Origin: Squalus acanthias
Lineage: Eukaryota
Direction: 5' to 3'
DNA length: 64,000 nt
NCBI GenBank assembly: GCA_030390025.1
Contig: CM059438.1
Location: forward strand, 41,478,001-41,542,000
Below, one piece after another: positions 42,230 through 54,277 of this stretch. A program made the position numbers and the translations under genes. Under the pieces are notes generated by a model. The model did no database searches, was not told where the DNA came from, and saw only the letters and a program-made list of their open reading frames with translations. Positions within the stretch are counted from its first letter, which is position 1; the number at the start of each line of letters is the position of its first letter.

Positions 42230-44350
42230 AAATCAACATTTCAAATTCTTCCAATCTTGTACATACCACTGCATATAGAGTCCAGGCTTGGCACCCGTAT
42301 TGAAGCTATCAAACAATCATGGCATTTGATGTGTATTGTCAGGCTACCGTATGGGTTGGTCCAGCAGTTTTTCATGTTGGTAAATGAATGCTCCACTGTT
42401 GTTGCTTGTCTCTTGCTCGCACAGTAGTTCTGATTGATTTTTGCTGCTGAGGTAGGGAACTGGCCAAAATTTTCAGTCTGAGGAGTGCTATCAACCGCTC
42501 TGAAAGTTTTCAGCTTTCTGCCTCCACGTTGGTATTATTTGCTGTTTTGGTTTTTGTTTTCTCTGTATTGACTTTTAGCCCATATTCCAAGCTCTTGTTG
42601 CTTATTCATTTTAAACTTTCTACTGGCTACGTCTTTAGGACACCAGATGTTATTCAGCAGCCTTCCATTCACCTTAACATCATTGTTGTCTATCAGTACC
42701 TCACAGGAGGAGTTATGAATTGATCCTGTGCAGGAATGGAGAAAGCACACAACTTTATCTCACCCACACTTGATCTTTATCTTGTTCGCAGTATACACTC
42801 TGGATAATTTGGCTCTATCATATCAAGCTCAATAGAATTTGGGATGTGATCAGTTGATAACGCTGTACTTCATCAAATGCCATTTTGTAATCGGTGAAGC
42901 ATAGATAGAGGTCATACTGAGCTTCTACGGCTCGTGCTCGCATTGTTTGCAAACAGAAGATGTCTGGTTCTCTTTCCTTTGTAGAACGGATTTTGTCTTC
43001 AATGATTTCTATATCAATCAAGGATCGCATTCAAGCAAATGTTAATTTCATGACTCAACTCTCACTATTCAGTGATTGCTGCACTCTGTTGGTATTGCAA
43101 CAAAAGCAAAAGATCATGGGGTGGGGGGTCGTGCACTGTATCATACGTAAGATTATAGTTAGATTTAGCTTTGCCATCTTATATCATCAATGTGGGTTGC
43201 AACATTTCAGCACAGATGTTATTGTTTCAGTTTGAGCTTCTTCCCAATACTTTTCCTTGTGTTCACAGCCGCACGGCAGTTTGTGGAGAACTGAAAGCTG
43301 GGTCCTTGCATGTGTTGTGTATGGGTTAGGGTGCCTAGATTTAACAAATAACTTCTAATCGAGATATATTACTCACTGGAGAATATGTACGATGCCCACC
43401 ACTTTCTCCCATAATAAAATACCATCAGGCAATTGTGTACAGGCTAAAACTACTTAGTCAGTTTTATTTACAGGATAAATACACAGGAATCAAAAGACAC
43501 AGCAAGATACTCAACAGCATAATACTGGAAAAATTTAAACTAGAATAAATCCACAAGGGCTTAATATACCCTTTTTGGTATGTTGTTTCTTGGAGTCTGA
43601 TAAGCAACAGGCCTTTTGAATGAAATAGCTCTGTCTCTTGGTGGTTATTTAAGATGAGATGTACGTGGATGAAGCTGGTTACTTTCTGAACAAGGGAATT
43701 TGCTGTTTTCCCATAGACATGGCATCTATCGTCTTTCATTTTGAATCTTGATCAACGATGACAGCTTCTATATTAACTCTTGCTACTTTAAGAGCTGTAT
43801 TGAATGAAGAAAGTCCCCTATTTACCTTTATCCATTATCCCCTCCCATTGCTTTACCTTTTTTCATGTTTCTTATGGTAAACCAGACCTCTCTTTGTGTA
43901 TCCTGGGGCTTGCTTCTGGCAACCTCAAACGTGTATTCGCACTATCATCACATGCTATCTTTAACTTCATATGATATGGTGCCATTTTTGTCCTTTAGTC
44001 ATGTATTGCCAATTTTTGAACTGTTGATCTCTTTTGATTTAACTTTGTCATCTTTTGCTGTTATGTTTTTCTGGTTGTACGGTGTTCTTCAAGGAAGCAT
44101 TCATCCATTTCTCTTTTTCATCCCATACTTTTTGTTCATCTCTGATAGTCACCTTAATCTTGTTAAGACCTTCACTGGTTCACAGCCAAATGATGTATCA
44201 AAAATACATGCAGTGGATGAATAAAGTCTCTGGTTCGAGATTGATCTTTACATATACATGGGATTCGATGTCCCTGTCTTAGTGTCCCCGAAGTGTTTGA
44301 GAAGTCTGACTGAATGGTGAGGCTCCTGCATGCTGTATCATTGTGTTCCA
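42230..44350 (-). mobile_element. Decayed RTE/BovB-like LINE in ATAD1 intron 5
   Basis: IFCLQTMRARAVEAQYDLYLCFTDYKMAFDEV is an RTE RT domain signature; boundaries approximate. Confidence 0.6.
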
Positions 44351-44821
44351 GGAAAGTCTTGAGGAAGTTGTCCTGTTAAAGACTCTGGTGCTACATCATT
44401 TTTTTTAGACTGAACTAATGTCTATAACCTGTGAATCTAGTTAGATCTAGTCGGTATACAAATATACAGTATTAGTTTACAACTTTGTGCAGCAGTCTTT
44501 TCTAACAAACCAATAAGGTGACTGCTGCCAGGGTCCAGGGGTGCATCTGTTGACATCTCCAGGAAACTGCGCTCTGGGTTGGATTTGATTGTGATCTCAG
44601 TAAGACTGAATCTGGAGGAAGGACCAGAAAATATGTATGAAAACAATTGCTTCCTTCCCTGGTACTTTTTTTCACCTTGAGCAGAAAGAATTGAGACTAA
44701 AGGAGAAATTGGTATGATTTTGCTGGTGCAGACTTCAAAGTTAAAGAGGTAACAAGGGTTTGATGCTTAAATTTTGAATACATATTTATTTTTTATGAGG
44801 ATGTTTGTATTTGTCCCTCAG

Positions 44822-44928
44822 ATTCTTTTTTGCGCAATCGGTCCAGCTCGGATCATGAAGCTACAGCGATGATGAAAGCTCAGTTCATGAGTCTCTGGGA
44901 TGGTCTTGATACAGACTTCAACTGCCAG
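44822..44928 (+). CDS. ATAD1: ATAD1 coding exon 5
   Basis: cag|[36 protein letters not shown]|gtgact; 107 nt. Confidence 0.97.
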
Positions 44929-46665
44929 GTGACTGCAGTATTTGATTTTAATGTTAATAACCTGCATCTTTTTGTCACCACCAATTCGCTCCATGCCAAT
45001 CTCCTGTGCTCCATCCTACACACACTCCCAACTTCAAAACTCTGCTGTATGCATCCTATCTTGCACTAAGCCCTGCTCCCTAATCAATCCTGTCCTTGCC
45101 TGCCTCCATTGGCTCCCCATGCCTCAATGCATTGAACTTAAGATCCTCATCCTTGTTTACCAATCCTCCCATGGTCTTGCCACATCTTTTGCAACCCCAC
45201 CACCAGTTCCATTATTGGTTCGTCTTTAGCCCATCAGGGCTCAACACTCTGGAAATCTCTCCTAAACACCCCTCTCCACTTTTGAAAAGCCTCCTCCAAA
45301 AATACTTCTGAATATGCTTCTGGCCATCTCCCTTAGTTCTTCTGTGTAGCTTCCATTTTCCGCCTCTGACACACCTTGGGACGTTTATTAAAGAGATTAC
45401 ATAAGTGCCATGTGTTACGATGAAGTACAACTGCAGCACGTGGATTATTATATCCTTGAGCTTAATGACATGTAATTGGTTAGAATTGTCACATAGTTGA
45501 AATCTGTTTTTTACTAATGTTCATTGTTTGGCACTACTCAGCAATAAAAGAGGTTATTGCCCCCTGCTGTACAAGTCGCAGGCTGTAGACTGCACATAAT
45601 GAGTGTGAATGTTTCTCTTATTATTTAATTCATGAGTATAATAACCCAAGTGCTTCTGCTATCCTCTGATCAATAATTTACTAGCAATCATTACTTGTTT
45701 TTTTGTGATCATTTTAAAAGTAACTTTTACTGTATCAGTAATGCTCCACAATTTAGAATTATGTGGTGAGAGCTTATGGAAGATTTATGCAGTGATTTTT
45801 TTTTGACATTGACAATTAGAATCTTTCCTCACCTGACGTTGACTCATTGCTACAGTTCTAAGGGCACCACTTGCTGTCCAGTGGCTCACTTAAGTGGTCA
45901 TTATTCATACGTGAGCCTTCAGGGTGAGTGTGGGGATATTGGACCATGGGGCAGTCACAGCCAAGCTCTATGCTGACTTCACCTGGCATCCATAGCTGCA
46001 TGCTTGCAGCAGGAGTTGCTGAATAACCATCAGAGCAAAAAGCCTGGCTCATTTCCCCCCTCTCTTTCTAACTTTGGGTTCTGAAGCCAATTGTAGCACT
46101 TGTACTGCTGTCTCTGATCAGCTAACTGAGCACAGACCATGGTTTAAATCTGGGCTATTCGGGTCTGGTCGACTGAGCTACTTACTGGGTAAACTCGCTG
46201 AGCAATCTAGGAGCCCCACACAGGCATCCTTTTCACTTGAGTGCTTTAATTACCATGATTAGATGAACTGTTACTTTTCAAAAGTAAGAGCGCTGTTGAC
46301 CATCCATCGACCGTTATTTCAACTTGTCACTAATGCAACATACAGTACTTCTGTACTTGATTTCCCAGTTAAAGCTGTAAATTTACACACGATTATTTCT
46401 AGGAGTGATAATGTGTGACTAAATGAATTTGCCTTTTTGTTTGCTGTGTTATTGTACAATCTATAAAGGTAGTATTAAGCTGATATTGCTTTAGATTACA
46501 AAGTAAGTTAAAATTTTAAATACTGAATATGAAGTCATTTATTAATGACATTCTCCTAACGAGCAGGAGCTCTATTTCCATTGAAAACCTGTATTTTGGA
46601 GGCGTGGTAGGAAAAGAGAACTCTTATGTATAGTAACCATTAAATCTGTGCTCCATGTTGTATCA

Positions 46666-46967
46666 CAGAATCCCCACAGTGCAGATAGAGGCCATTTCGG
46701 CCCATCGAGCCTGCACCGACACACATCCCACCCTATCCCCGTAACCCCACGTATTTAATCCCCCCTAACACTAAGGGTCAATTTATCGTAGCCAAATCAA
46801 CCTAACCCCGCACATCTTTGGACTGTGGGAGGAAACCGGAGCACCCGGAGGAAACCCACGCAGACACGGGGAGAATGTGCAAACTCCACACAGACAGTCA
46901 CTCGAGGCCGGATTCGAACCCGGGTCCCTGGCGCTGTGAGGCAACAGTGCTAACCACTATGCCACCG
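46666..46967 (-). mobile_element. Young HE1/V-SINE (tRNA-derived) with 10-bp TSD
   Basis: A/B boxes (ggtggcatagtggttag; gggttcgaatcc), V-core gtgggtttcctccgggtgctccggtttcctccca, CR1-type tail; TSD TGTTGTATCA at 46656-46665 and 46968-46977. Confidence 0.92.
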
Positions 46968-47002
46968 TGTTGTATCAATGCCTATTATCCATGTTTTATT
47001 AG

Positions 47003-47092
47003 GTAATCGTGATGGGTGCCACGAACAGACCACAAGATCTGGACTCTGCCATTTTACGAAGGATGCCAACAAGATTTCATATAAATCAGCCT
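47003..47092 (+). CDS. ATAD1: ATAD1 coding exon 6 (sensor 1 / arginine fingers)
   Basis: tag|VIVMGATNRPQDLDSAILRRMPTRFHINQP|gtaagt; 90 nt. Confidence 0.97.
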
Positions 47093-47946
47093 GTAAGTAC
47101 CGATACAGGTATAATGTCGTGGGATTAATGTTAACGTTTAATATTTCTGTGATTATAGCCACAAGATTCATTCAGAGTTAAGAAGTTTTAGCATGGATTT
47201 TAAAGTTAGTGATGAGAGAACAGTGACATTTTGGAGTGTTTTGTCTGTTAATTTGAAAAATGCAAGATCTCTGAAAGGCAACATGATATAATTGGAAAAA
47301 AATATGCTTGCATTTATATACCTTATTCCATTGCAAATTACTTTTGGAGTGCATTGGCTGATGTGTAGGTAAACGAGAAGAACACAATATCATCTAGAAC
47401 TTGAGAGGGAACTGATAAACAAATTGGTTTCACTGTTTTATATTCTTCCTATTAAATAAATGAACGAAACCTGCGAACCTTTGCTGAGAACCTTTCTGTA
47501 AGCAAAAGGCTGCATGCATCGAGAGGACACTGATCTTAAATCCAGTCCAGATAGGTTTTGCTTCCTTTTACTTAAGTTATTTGTATTGAGACTTGGATCC
47601 AGAGTCCTGGCTCAGTGCTCAAGTAGATTTAGGGGAGCTACCTTATATGCTTGCTAGCCAGCTCCACAGATATGGTTTTGTTTTGTTTTTGACTGCTACT
47701 GGTTTACAACTGTCATGTATTTGAATTGGCACTTATGTGAGAACTAATTCTGAGGTAGATCTGGTTTGCCATGGCATGAATTTGGAATGCAAGGTCAGAC
47801 TTTGTTAAACAGACATTAGGGCAAATCTAATTTTACTTTTTCTTTAAAAATGCGAAGTGTAATGGTTGGTAAGAGTCCTAAATTTGGGCATTTTCAATCC
47901 GATTTGTGGTGGATAAAAGCCCACATTACAAAACTGGCTGTGTATA

Positions 47947-48340
47947 TCTACAAGATATACTGCAGCAACACGCCAAGGCATCTTCGGCAGCACCTCCCAA
48001 ACCTATGACCTCTACCACCTAGAAGGACAAGGGCAGCAGGCGCATGGTAACACCACCACCTCCAAGTCCAAGTCACGCACCATCCTGACTTGGAAGTTTC
48101 TCGCCGTTGGTTCATCGTCACTGGGTCAAAATCCTGGAACTCCCTCCCTAACAGCACTGGGAGCACCTTCACCACACAAACTTTTAAAAAAATTTGTTGT
48201 TATGGGATGTGGGCGTCGCGGGCAAGGCCAGCATTTATTGCCCATCCCTAATTGCCCTTGAGAAGGTGATGGTGAGCCGCCTTCTTGAACCGCTGCAGTC
48301 CGTGTGGTGAAGGTACTCCCACAGTGCTGGTAGGGAGGCA
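47947..48340. mobile_element. Two pieces of one LINE 3' end in tail-to-tail orientation
   Basis: Plus piece 47947-48177; minus piece ~48185-48340 with the gggcaataaatgctggccttg tail also seen at 19190-19250. Confidence 0.65.
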
Positions 48341-48749
48341 GTTATAAATAAAGGTTTTAAAGAAAGTGGCAGCATGTTTGTGGTTAGCGGCAAGGCCTGG
48401 TCTCTGACCAAGACCGAGGTTAGCGGCACCCTACATGTCTGCTTCTATACAATCACAGTGGGCCATTCTTCGAGAAACACTGAACCTTGATAGCTGCACT
48501 AAACCATGATCCCTTCCCTAAGGGATCTCCCAAACAACCTGAATGCTGCTGTGACTTGGAACAGTGGATTGTTTCTACGATCTTGTGCAATAAATGGATT
48601 ATGTGACCTTAAATAATCCTGTAAACTCTGCATTACCAATGCAAGTTGCTTAGATGTTCATGAGAAATGATAAATAAGCATAAGTTGCAACTTTTTTTTT
48701 TTAGGTGTCACATCTTAATTATTAAAAGGTACAATCAAAAAGAAATGTT

Positions 48750-49481
48750 GGCCCAGAAATTAAAGACGGAGCCTTCGTGCGGGGGTAAGGCTTCCCCGCG
48801 ATAACTCACTGCGCGCCTGCCTTTTCATTCCGAGCTCGCACGAACTTGAGTTTCTAGACAGCAGCTGTGCAGGGCTTCCGTATCCCACAGACGCAGTTAA
48901 TTCGTGTGAGCTGTGGGATCACGTGATTCAGTTACAGCCAATGGCAGCACACCATCTTTCATTCACAGCCCTTGCTCTGAAAACTATGAAAGCTATGAAT
49001 CTATACCCCCCCAAAAGAACAGCTAAACCTCAATTAAATTTAAAAAAAACCCATCACATTAGTAAAATAAGTATAGTTAAATAAATTAACCACTTTAAAC
49101 AAAAAATTAAATTTTTGAAAAAATTTAAAATCTTTTAAAAAGTTATAAAAATAAACTTACCTTTCTTTAAAGTCTCTAAAAAAGATATACCTGTTGAAAA
49201 AAATTCAGAATAATACTTAATTAACTACTTACCTTGTTAAAAGAGGGTCTTACGCCTCCTTTCTTTATGTGCAAAATCTTCCATGCTTACCTGCGCGTTC
49301 AAAGCACTAAGTGCACTGCGTGCGCACAGCCTGTAGCGCGCACGCGGTTCACTTGGGAACCGCCCCCTTTTGAAATCACCAAGTGCCGGTTTGCAGTGCA
49401 TGCAGAAAACCGGCAATTGGAGACAGAATACGCGAGAGTACACAGTGCGTACTCTCGCGTAGCAAGACTAATTTTTGGGCC
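48750..49481. mobile_element. Non-autonomous DNA transposon (PIF/Harbinger-like MITE)
   Basis: TIR GGCCCAGAAATTA / TAATTTTTGGGCC (12/13) with 3-bp TSD GTT on both sides; CpG-retaining arms, AT-rich centre. Confidence 0.75.
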
Positions 49482-50271
49482 GTTAAAACTATAACTGCGA
49501 ATTGGAGTCGAGATTGTTTTTGGTCATTTACTGTCAAGGATGGACCTGTTGCACAGGCGAGGCACGTGAGCAAATAAAAAAAACTTTTGCTTCAAAGCTT
49601 TGGAACTTTCATCCAACAAAACTGTGCCTGGCCCCAGGTAATAAATTCAACAATGCCTCCACGTCCCTCCACTACCAAGAAAAACCTTCTTCCAGAAACG
49701 TTTACACTAATAATAAATAGCGCATGCTTTGCATTTTTACTGTGTACTGAAAGGTAAAATTTGCTGATGACACCAAATATGGAGTGAGGGGTTTATGACA
49801 GATTATGATGAGATTTGTGAAAGACTCTAGGAGGACATACGTAGACTAACAGGATGGGCAGATAGTTGGCCGATGCAGCTCGATGTAGAAAAATGTGAAG
49901 GAGTACCTTTTGGTAGTAAGAAAAGGGAAAGGATATCAACCTTAAATAGTAAGAATATAAATGGTGTAAAGGAGCAAGGGACCTTGCAGTACAGATACAC
50001 AGGTCATTAAAGGTGGCAATGCAAGTAGATAAGGCCATAAAAAGGTGAAGTTTAGTTTTGTATTTAGCAATATAAAATATGAAAGTGAGGTAATGTTGAA
50101 CTTGTACAAGATATAAGGGATATAGTGATAAGTCAATAAGGCTAGGTTGAGGTAAGTTGAACAAAATAGCCTTTTCCTGTTCCCGGGTAATGTTAAACAA
50201 TAACGGTATTCTTTACGTTGTGGTACTGTTCCCATACCGAAGAAGTACTGAATTTTGTCTTTGTTTCACAG

Positions 50272-50322
50272 AATATCAAGCAACGGGAATTAATCCTGGA
50301 TTTAATTCTACTAAATGAAAAG
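50272..50322 (+). CDS. ATAD1: ATAD1 coding exon 7
   Basis: cag|NIKQRELILDLILLNEK|gtacgt; 51 nt, phase 0/0. Confidence 0.92.
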
Positions 50323-51734
50323 GTACGTGGCTTATAGTAAAGGAATTAAAATTGACTCAATGTTTTTAGTTGGATTGCCAAAAGTTTTCCAAACTTGGAT
50401 TGGTGTTTAGCTTCTTTAATCATATACCAGATTAATTTTGATCATTTATGCCTTCTAAGGCCACTTGTGACATTGATGGTTTAGAAATTTATTATTTCTT
50501 TATTACCATTCCAGGTTGTTCCTTAGAAAACAGACTTGAGAGGACTTGAATTAAAACTGTAGGACCAGTACCTGACAAAAATGCAAACCAATGGCTAGCC
50601 ACTGTTACAGAAGCTTCACAATGGTTGTACCTTTATTAATATGGATGCACATTGTTGGTATTTAATAAATAGCCTGAAAAAGCTTCTGGATTCATTGAAC
50701 ACCATGAGTCTGTGTTAGATGGTGCTCATTGTCACTGATTTGTGTCCTAGTCTACTAGTTCTGGTGTAGGCTGTGGGAGCTCCGAACTGAGTCTTCAGTC
50801 GGAATGCACTCTGCATTGTATCTACAGTATTTGGCTCAGCTGAAGTTGAGAACTCAGTGTTGGGAAACTATGGGTAAGAACCCACTCTTGTGTGATGTAT
50901 TTTTCCAGCATTGCATTGTCCAACAAATATACCTTTCCAGAATGGGTTCACCTCATCATTCCCCAGTAATACTTGATGTCTCCAAAGTCCTTCTTACTGA
51001 CTTCCCATCCTCCACTCCATTAGCTTCAACTTGTCCAAAAGTCATTACCATATCCCCATCCCACAATAAAACCTGCTTGCAGTTCACCTCTGACCTCTTG
51101 GACATTGGCTCCCTGTATCTCAACACATTCAATTTAAAATCCTCATACTTGTCCTCAAATCCTACTCCTCAAATCCTTTGACCTCCTCCAGCCTTGTATT
51201 GCCTTTCACTCCTCAGACTCTGCCCTTTTGTGGATCCCTAATGGCTCAAGACCATTGTATTCTATCTTGTTTGACATTCCTCAGTGATGATTCTATTTAC
51301 CACAAACAAATATAGCCCTTCTGTTCGTCCTCAGTAGGGTATTTCAGGTTGTCGTCATGGCTTAAGTTACACACATGCGCACACACTCGCACTCTCTCTC
51401 CTGGGATTCTGTTTGCATATCTTGTTAACTGACTACTCATTTCTTTGTGACAGTTGTGCAAGTTGACTCTCTTCCTCCCTCCCCGTGAGGAAGCATCTTG
51501 CATCGACCTGGTTTCTCTCCTTAACGTCCCCAACTTTGGTTGAAAGCTCACTTTGGAATGGTGGCACAAACGGGCATTCTGTCACTGCGTAGGGGTGCGG
51601 TATGCCAATGTGTCTGCAACCAGACTGCCTCTGACTTCCAGTTTTTAAAAATGCATTAATATTTTACTAAACCAGTTATTTCCAGGATGAAATTCAAATC
51701 AAATCTAAAGAAGATGCTGTTTGTTGTTTAACAG

Positions 51735-51871
51735 GTGGACAATTACGTGAACTTGAATGAAGTTGCCAAGGAAACTCATGGCTTTTCAGGGAGTGACCTG
51801 AAAGAACTCTGTAGAGACGCTGCCATGTTTTGTGTCCGAGATTATGTAAATAGTTCTGATGATGATGAAAG
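51735..51871 (+). CDS. ATAD1: ATAD1 coding exon 8
   Basis: cag|VDNYVNLNEVAKETHGFSGSDLKELCRDAAMFCVRDYVNSSDDDE-S|gtttgt; 137 nt. Confidence 0.96.
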
Positions 51872-53517
51872 GTTTGTATAAATCAGACCTTTTTAAGGTG
51901 CAGTTTTTACAGTGTAGCATCTAATTGGATCTAAATTCACAGTTAAACAGCCAAAGGATTTCATTCACCCGGTGCATGATGGATGTTGAGTGGTCTGTAT
52001 ATGGTGATGGGAACTCAGATTACCAGCATTTTTGTTTTGAGCTAATGTACACATCCTGTCGGACATGCCTTAAGCACCATTAGCATCAGGGGCATGAACA
52101 TGACCACAGTATTGAATCGTCAGATTGTACAAAGCAAATAAAACAGGTCTTTCAGGCAGTGAATCGGGACTCTGTTTATTATTTTAAAATATTTTTAATT
52201 GACAGAGTCATTTAAACCTTCAAGTAGTGAATGTTCTTTGAAGCTCTTGTACTATGCAATTTTACTAACTTAGAATACCAGTTAATGATTTCTGGCAAAA
52301 TTCTAAAGTTAATATTGAGTCCAGGATTCCTGCAACTACAAATTTTTTTGTGCTCCCTGTGTTCAATAAATTATATTTCCTTTTATTAATGCTGGCAGCA
52401 TTGAGAGGTTAATTAGTGCTCATTTAAAAATGATTCTTGACAAGCGACAGTAGGTTTTAGCAGCTTCCGTGTTTGTGAAGTACTTTGGGACATTCTGAGG
52501 GCTTGATGCAGCTCTTTTATCTCTTTTTGCTTTTCTCTTTGTTTTTCATTGTTTTTCTTGCTTTCTTTGTTTCTTTTGCTTTCTTTCACTCTCCCTCTCT
52601 CTTAATCTTTCTCTTTCTATCTCTCTTTCTCTGATACTCAGACTGCCATCTTTACTGGCTTGGTTTCTTACAGTTTGTCGGATCACAGAGTGGAGCAATT
52701 TGCAGCAGGAAAATTGGACACTTCACCATATCACTCCAGTTTCACTTAATTCTGTGATACCTCACGGTCCGCAGCCAGTTGCTGAGGATGGTCATGATTT
52801 TTGCACCTTTTGGCTGTGCTGCTCCTCAAGCTCAGGGATAGGGGCTGATGGGCTCGGTTTGAAGTGAATGAGTGAGCAGTGTTTGAAACACTGCCTCAAG
52901 GCAGTTTAAAGTGACGTTGAGTTTCTCCGTGAAAGCCACCTATTGGATTTTGTTATTTATATGTTTATTTGTTAACGGAGTTGTATGCCCTTTAATTTAG
53001 TATTACTATAGTCTGCCACCAATGGTGTGCAAGACGTGAATCTGTAATTTGAAAATTGTTTTTAAAACAAAATAGAAGTAGAGAAATGCCACTGCAACTG
53101 GTGCAATCCCACCCACAGATAACCTGATCCTGTTTCTCCTCTCATTCTGTTAGTGTGAAGTGCATTTAAACCCAGGTACAAGAAGTGTTAACTTTGGTGG
53201 GCCCCCAGTCCTCCACTACCCCTTTAGTGATTGGTTGAAATTGTTTACTGTGCATATAGTTTGCAAACAATAGCTATCCACTATCAGAGATTAGTTTAAC
53301 TGCAACAAGTGACTTATGCTAGAAAATAAGCAGGTGTAGAACTTTGTTCCAGTAAACACAATTTTTAGTAATGTAAGGTTGACCTCATGCCATTTCTTAT
53401 CAAGACCTTGCTCATAATCTATTCCATTTAATCTGATCAATACAGACTAAGCAAATGCTCCTTCATTTAATATCTTCACATTAACTGCTAACGCCCTGCT
53501 TGTGTCTGTTTTAATAG

Positions 53518-53635
53518 TGCTAAGGACAAGATTCGACCCATCAAACAACTGGACCTTCAAAAGGCAATAGAAAAGATGCGACGGTCTAAAGAAGCTACTG
53601 TTTCAAATGGTTTGATGCACCTCAGTGTGGACTGA
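53518..53635 (+). CDS. ATAD1: ATAD1 final coding exon (total CDS 1098 nt, 365 aa)
   Basis: tag|T AKDKIRPIKQLDLQKAIEKMRRSKEATVSNGLMHLSVD*; branch-point-like GCTAAC upstream; all exon phases join into one open frame. Confidence 0.94.
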
Positions 53636-54271
53636 GGGTAAACTTACCTGTCCAGTTACCAGGAAGGACAAATTGAGCTGCATTTTTGCTTGGTGACTTG
53701 GCTGGATGATGGCTGTTCCTCTGCTGATTGGGGGAGCTATATTTGGGGAAAGATGGGGGGGGGGGGGGGGGGATTTTTTTTTTCAATTTGTATTTCTGTG
53801 AATTTAATATCACCCATCAAATATATAAACTGAACCCAACAATTCATGGGTCCATATTCCCAGAAAACTTTATGCCGAACTATTTGTGTAATTCCTATTC
53901 ACTGGGACTTGTGCAGATACATGTACTAGGATTTTCTGTATGTTGGTTCAGATTGTGAAGGCATTAGTATCATTGTTTAAGATTTAATACTGAAAGAATA
54001 CTACTTGAATGATACAAACACTGTGGGGAAAACTCAAGTGGACTTCTAAGACACAATGAAAGTACTATACTGATTGGATTGCACAGCAATCTGCATCATT
54101 TAATAATGAATTAGAGAGTATTTCAGAGCTCTGAAAACTGAATAAATATGAAGAAACTATTCAAAGCAGTTTCTGACATTTGGTTGAACCATAGTCATGT
54201 TTGTTTTATTTAATTACAAACTAGGCTGGTTATGCTTTTTAAATGTATTTTTTATGTTATGGTTCACTGTA

Positions 54272-54277
54272 AATAAA
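54272..54277 (+). terminator. Candidate ATAD1 polyadenylation signal (alternatives at 54141, 55132, 56103)
   Basis: AATAAA with upstream TGTA and a GT/T-rich downstream tract. Confidence 0.45.

Noticed and set aside
46890-46967. tRNA gene
   Set aside because: tRNA-derived head of a SINE with V-core, tail and TSD; the same applies to heads near 29770 and 59340.
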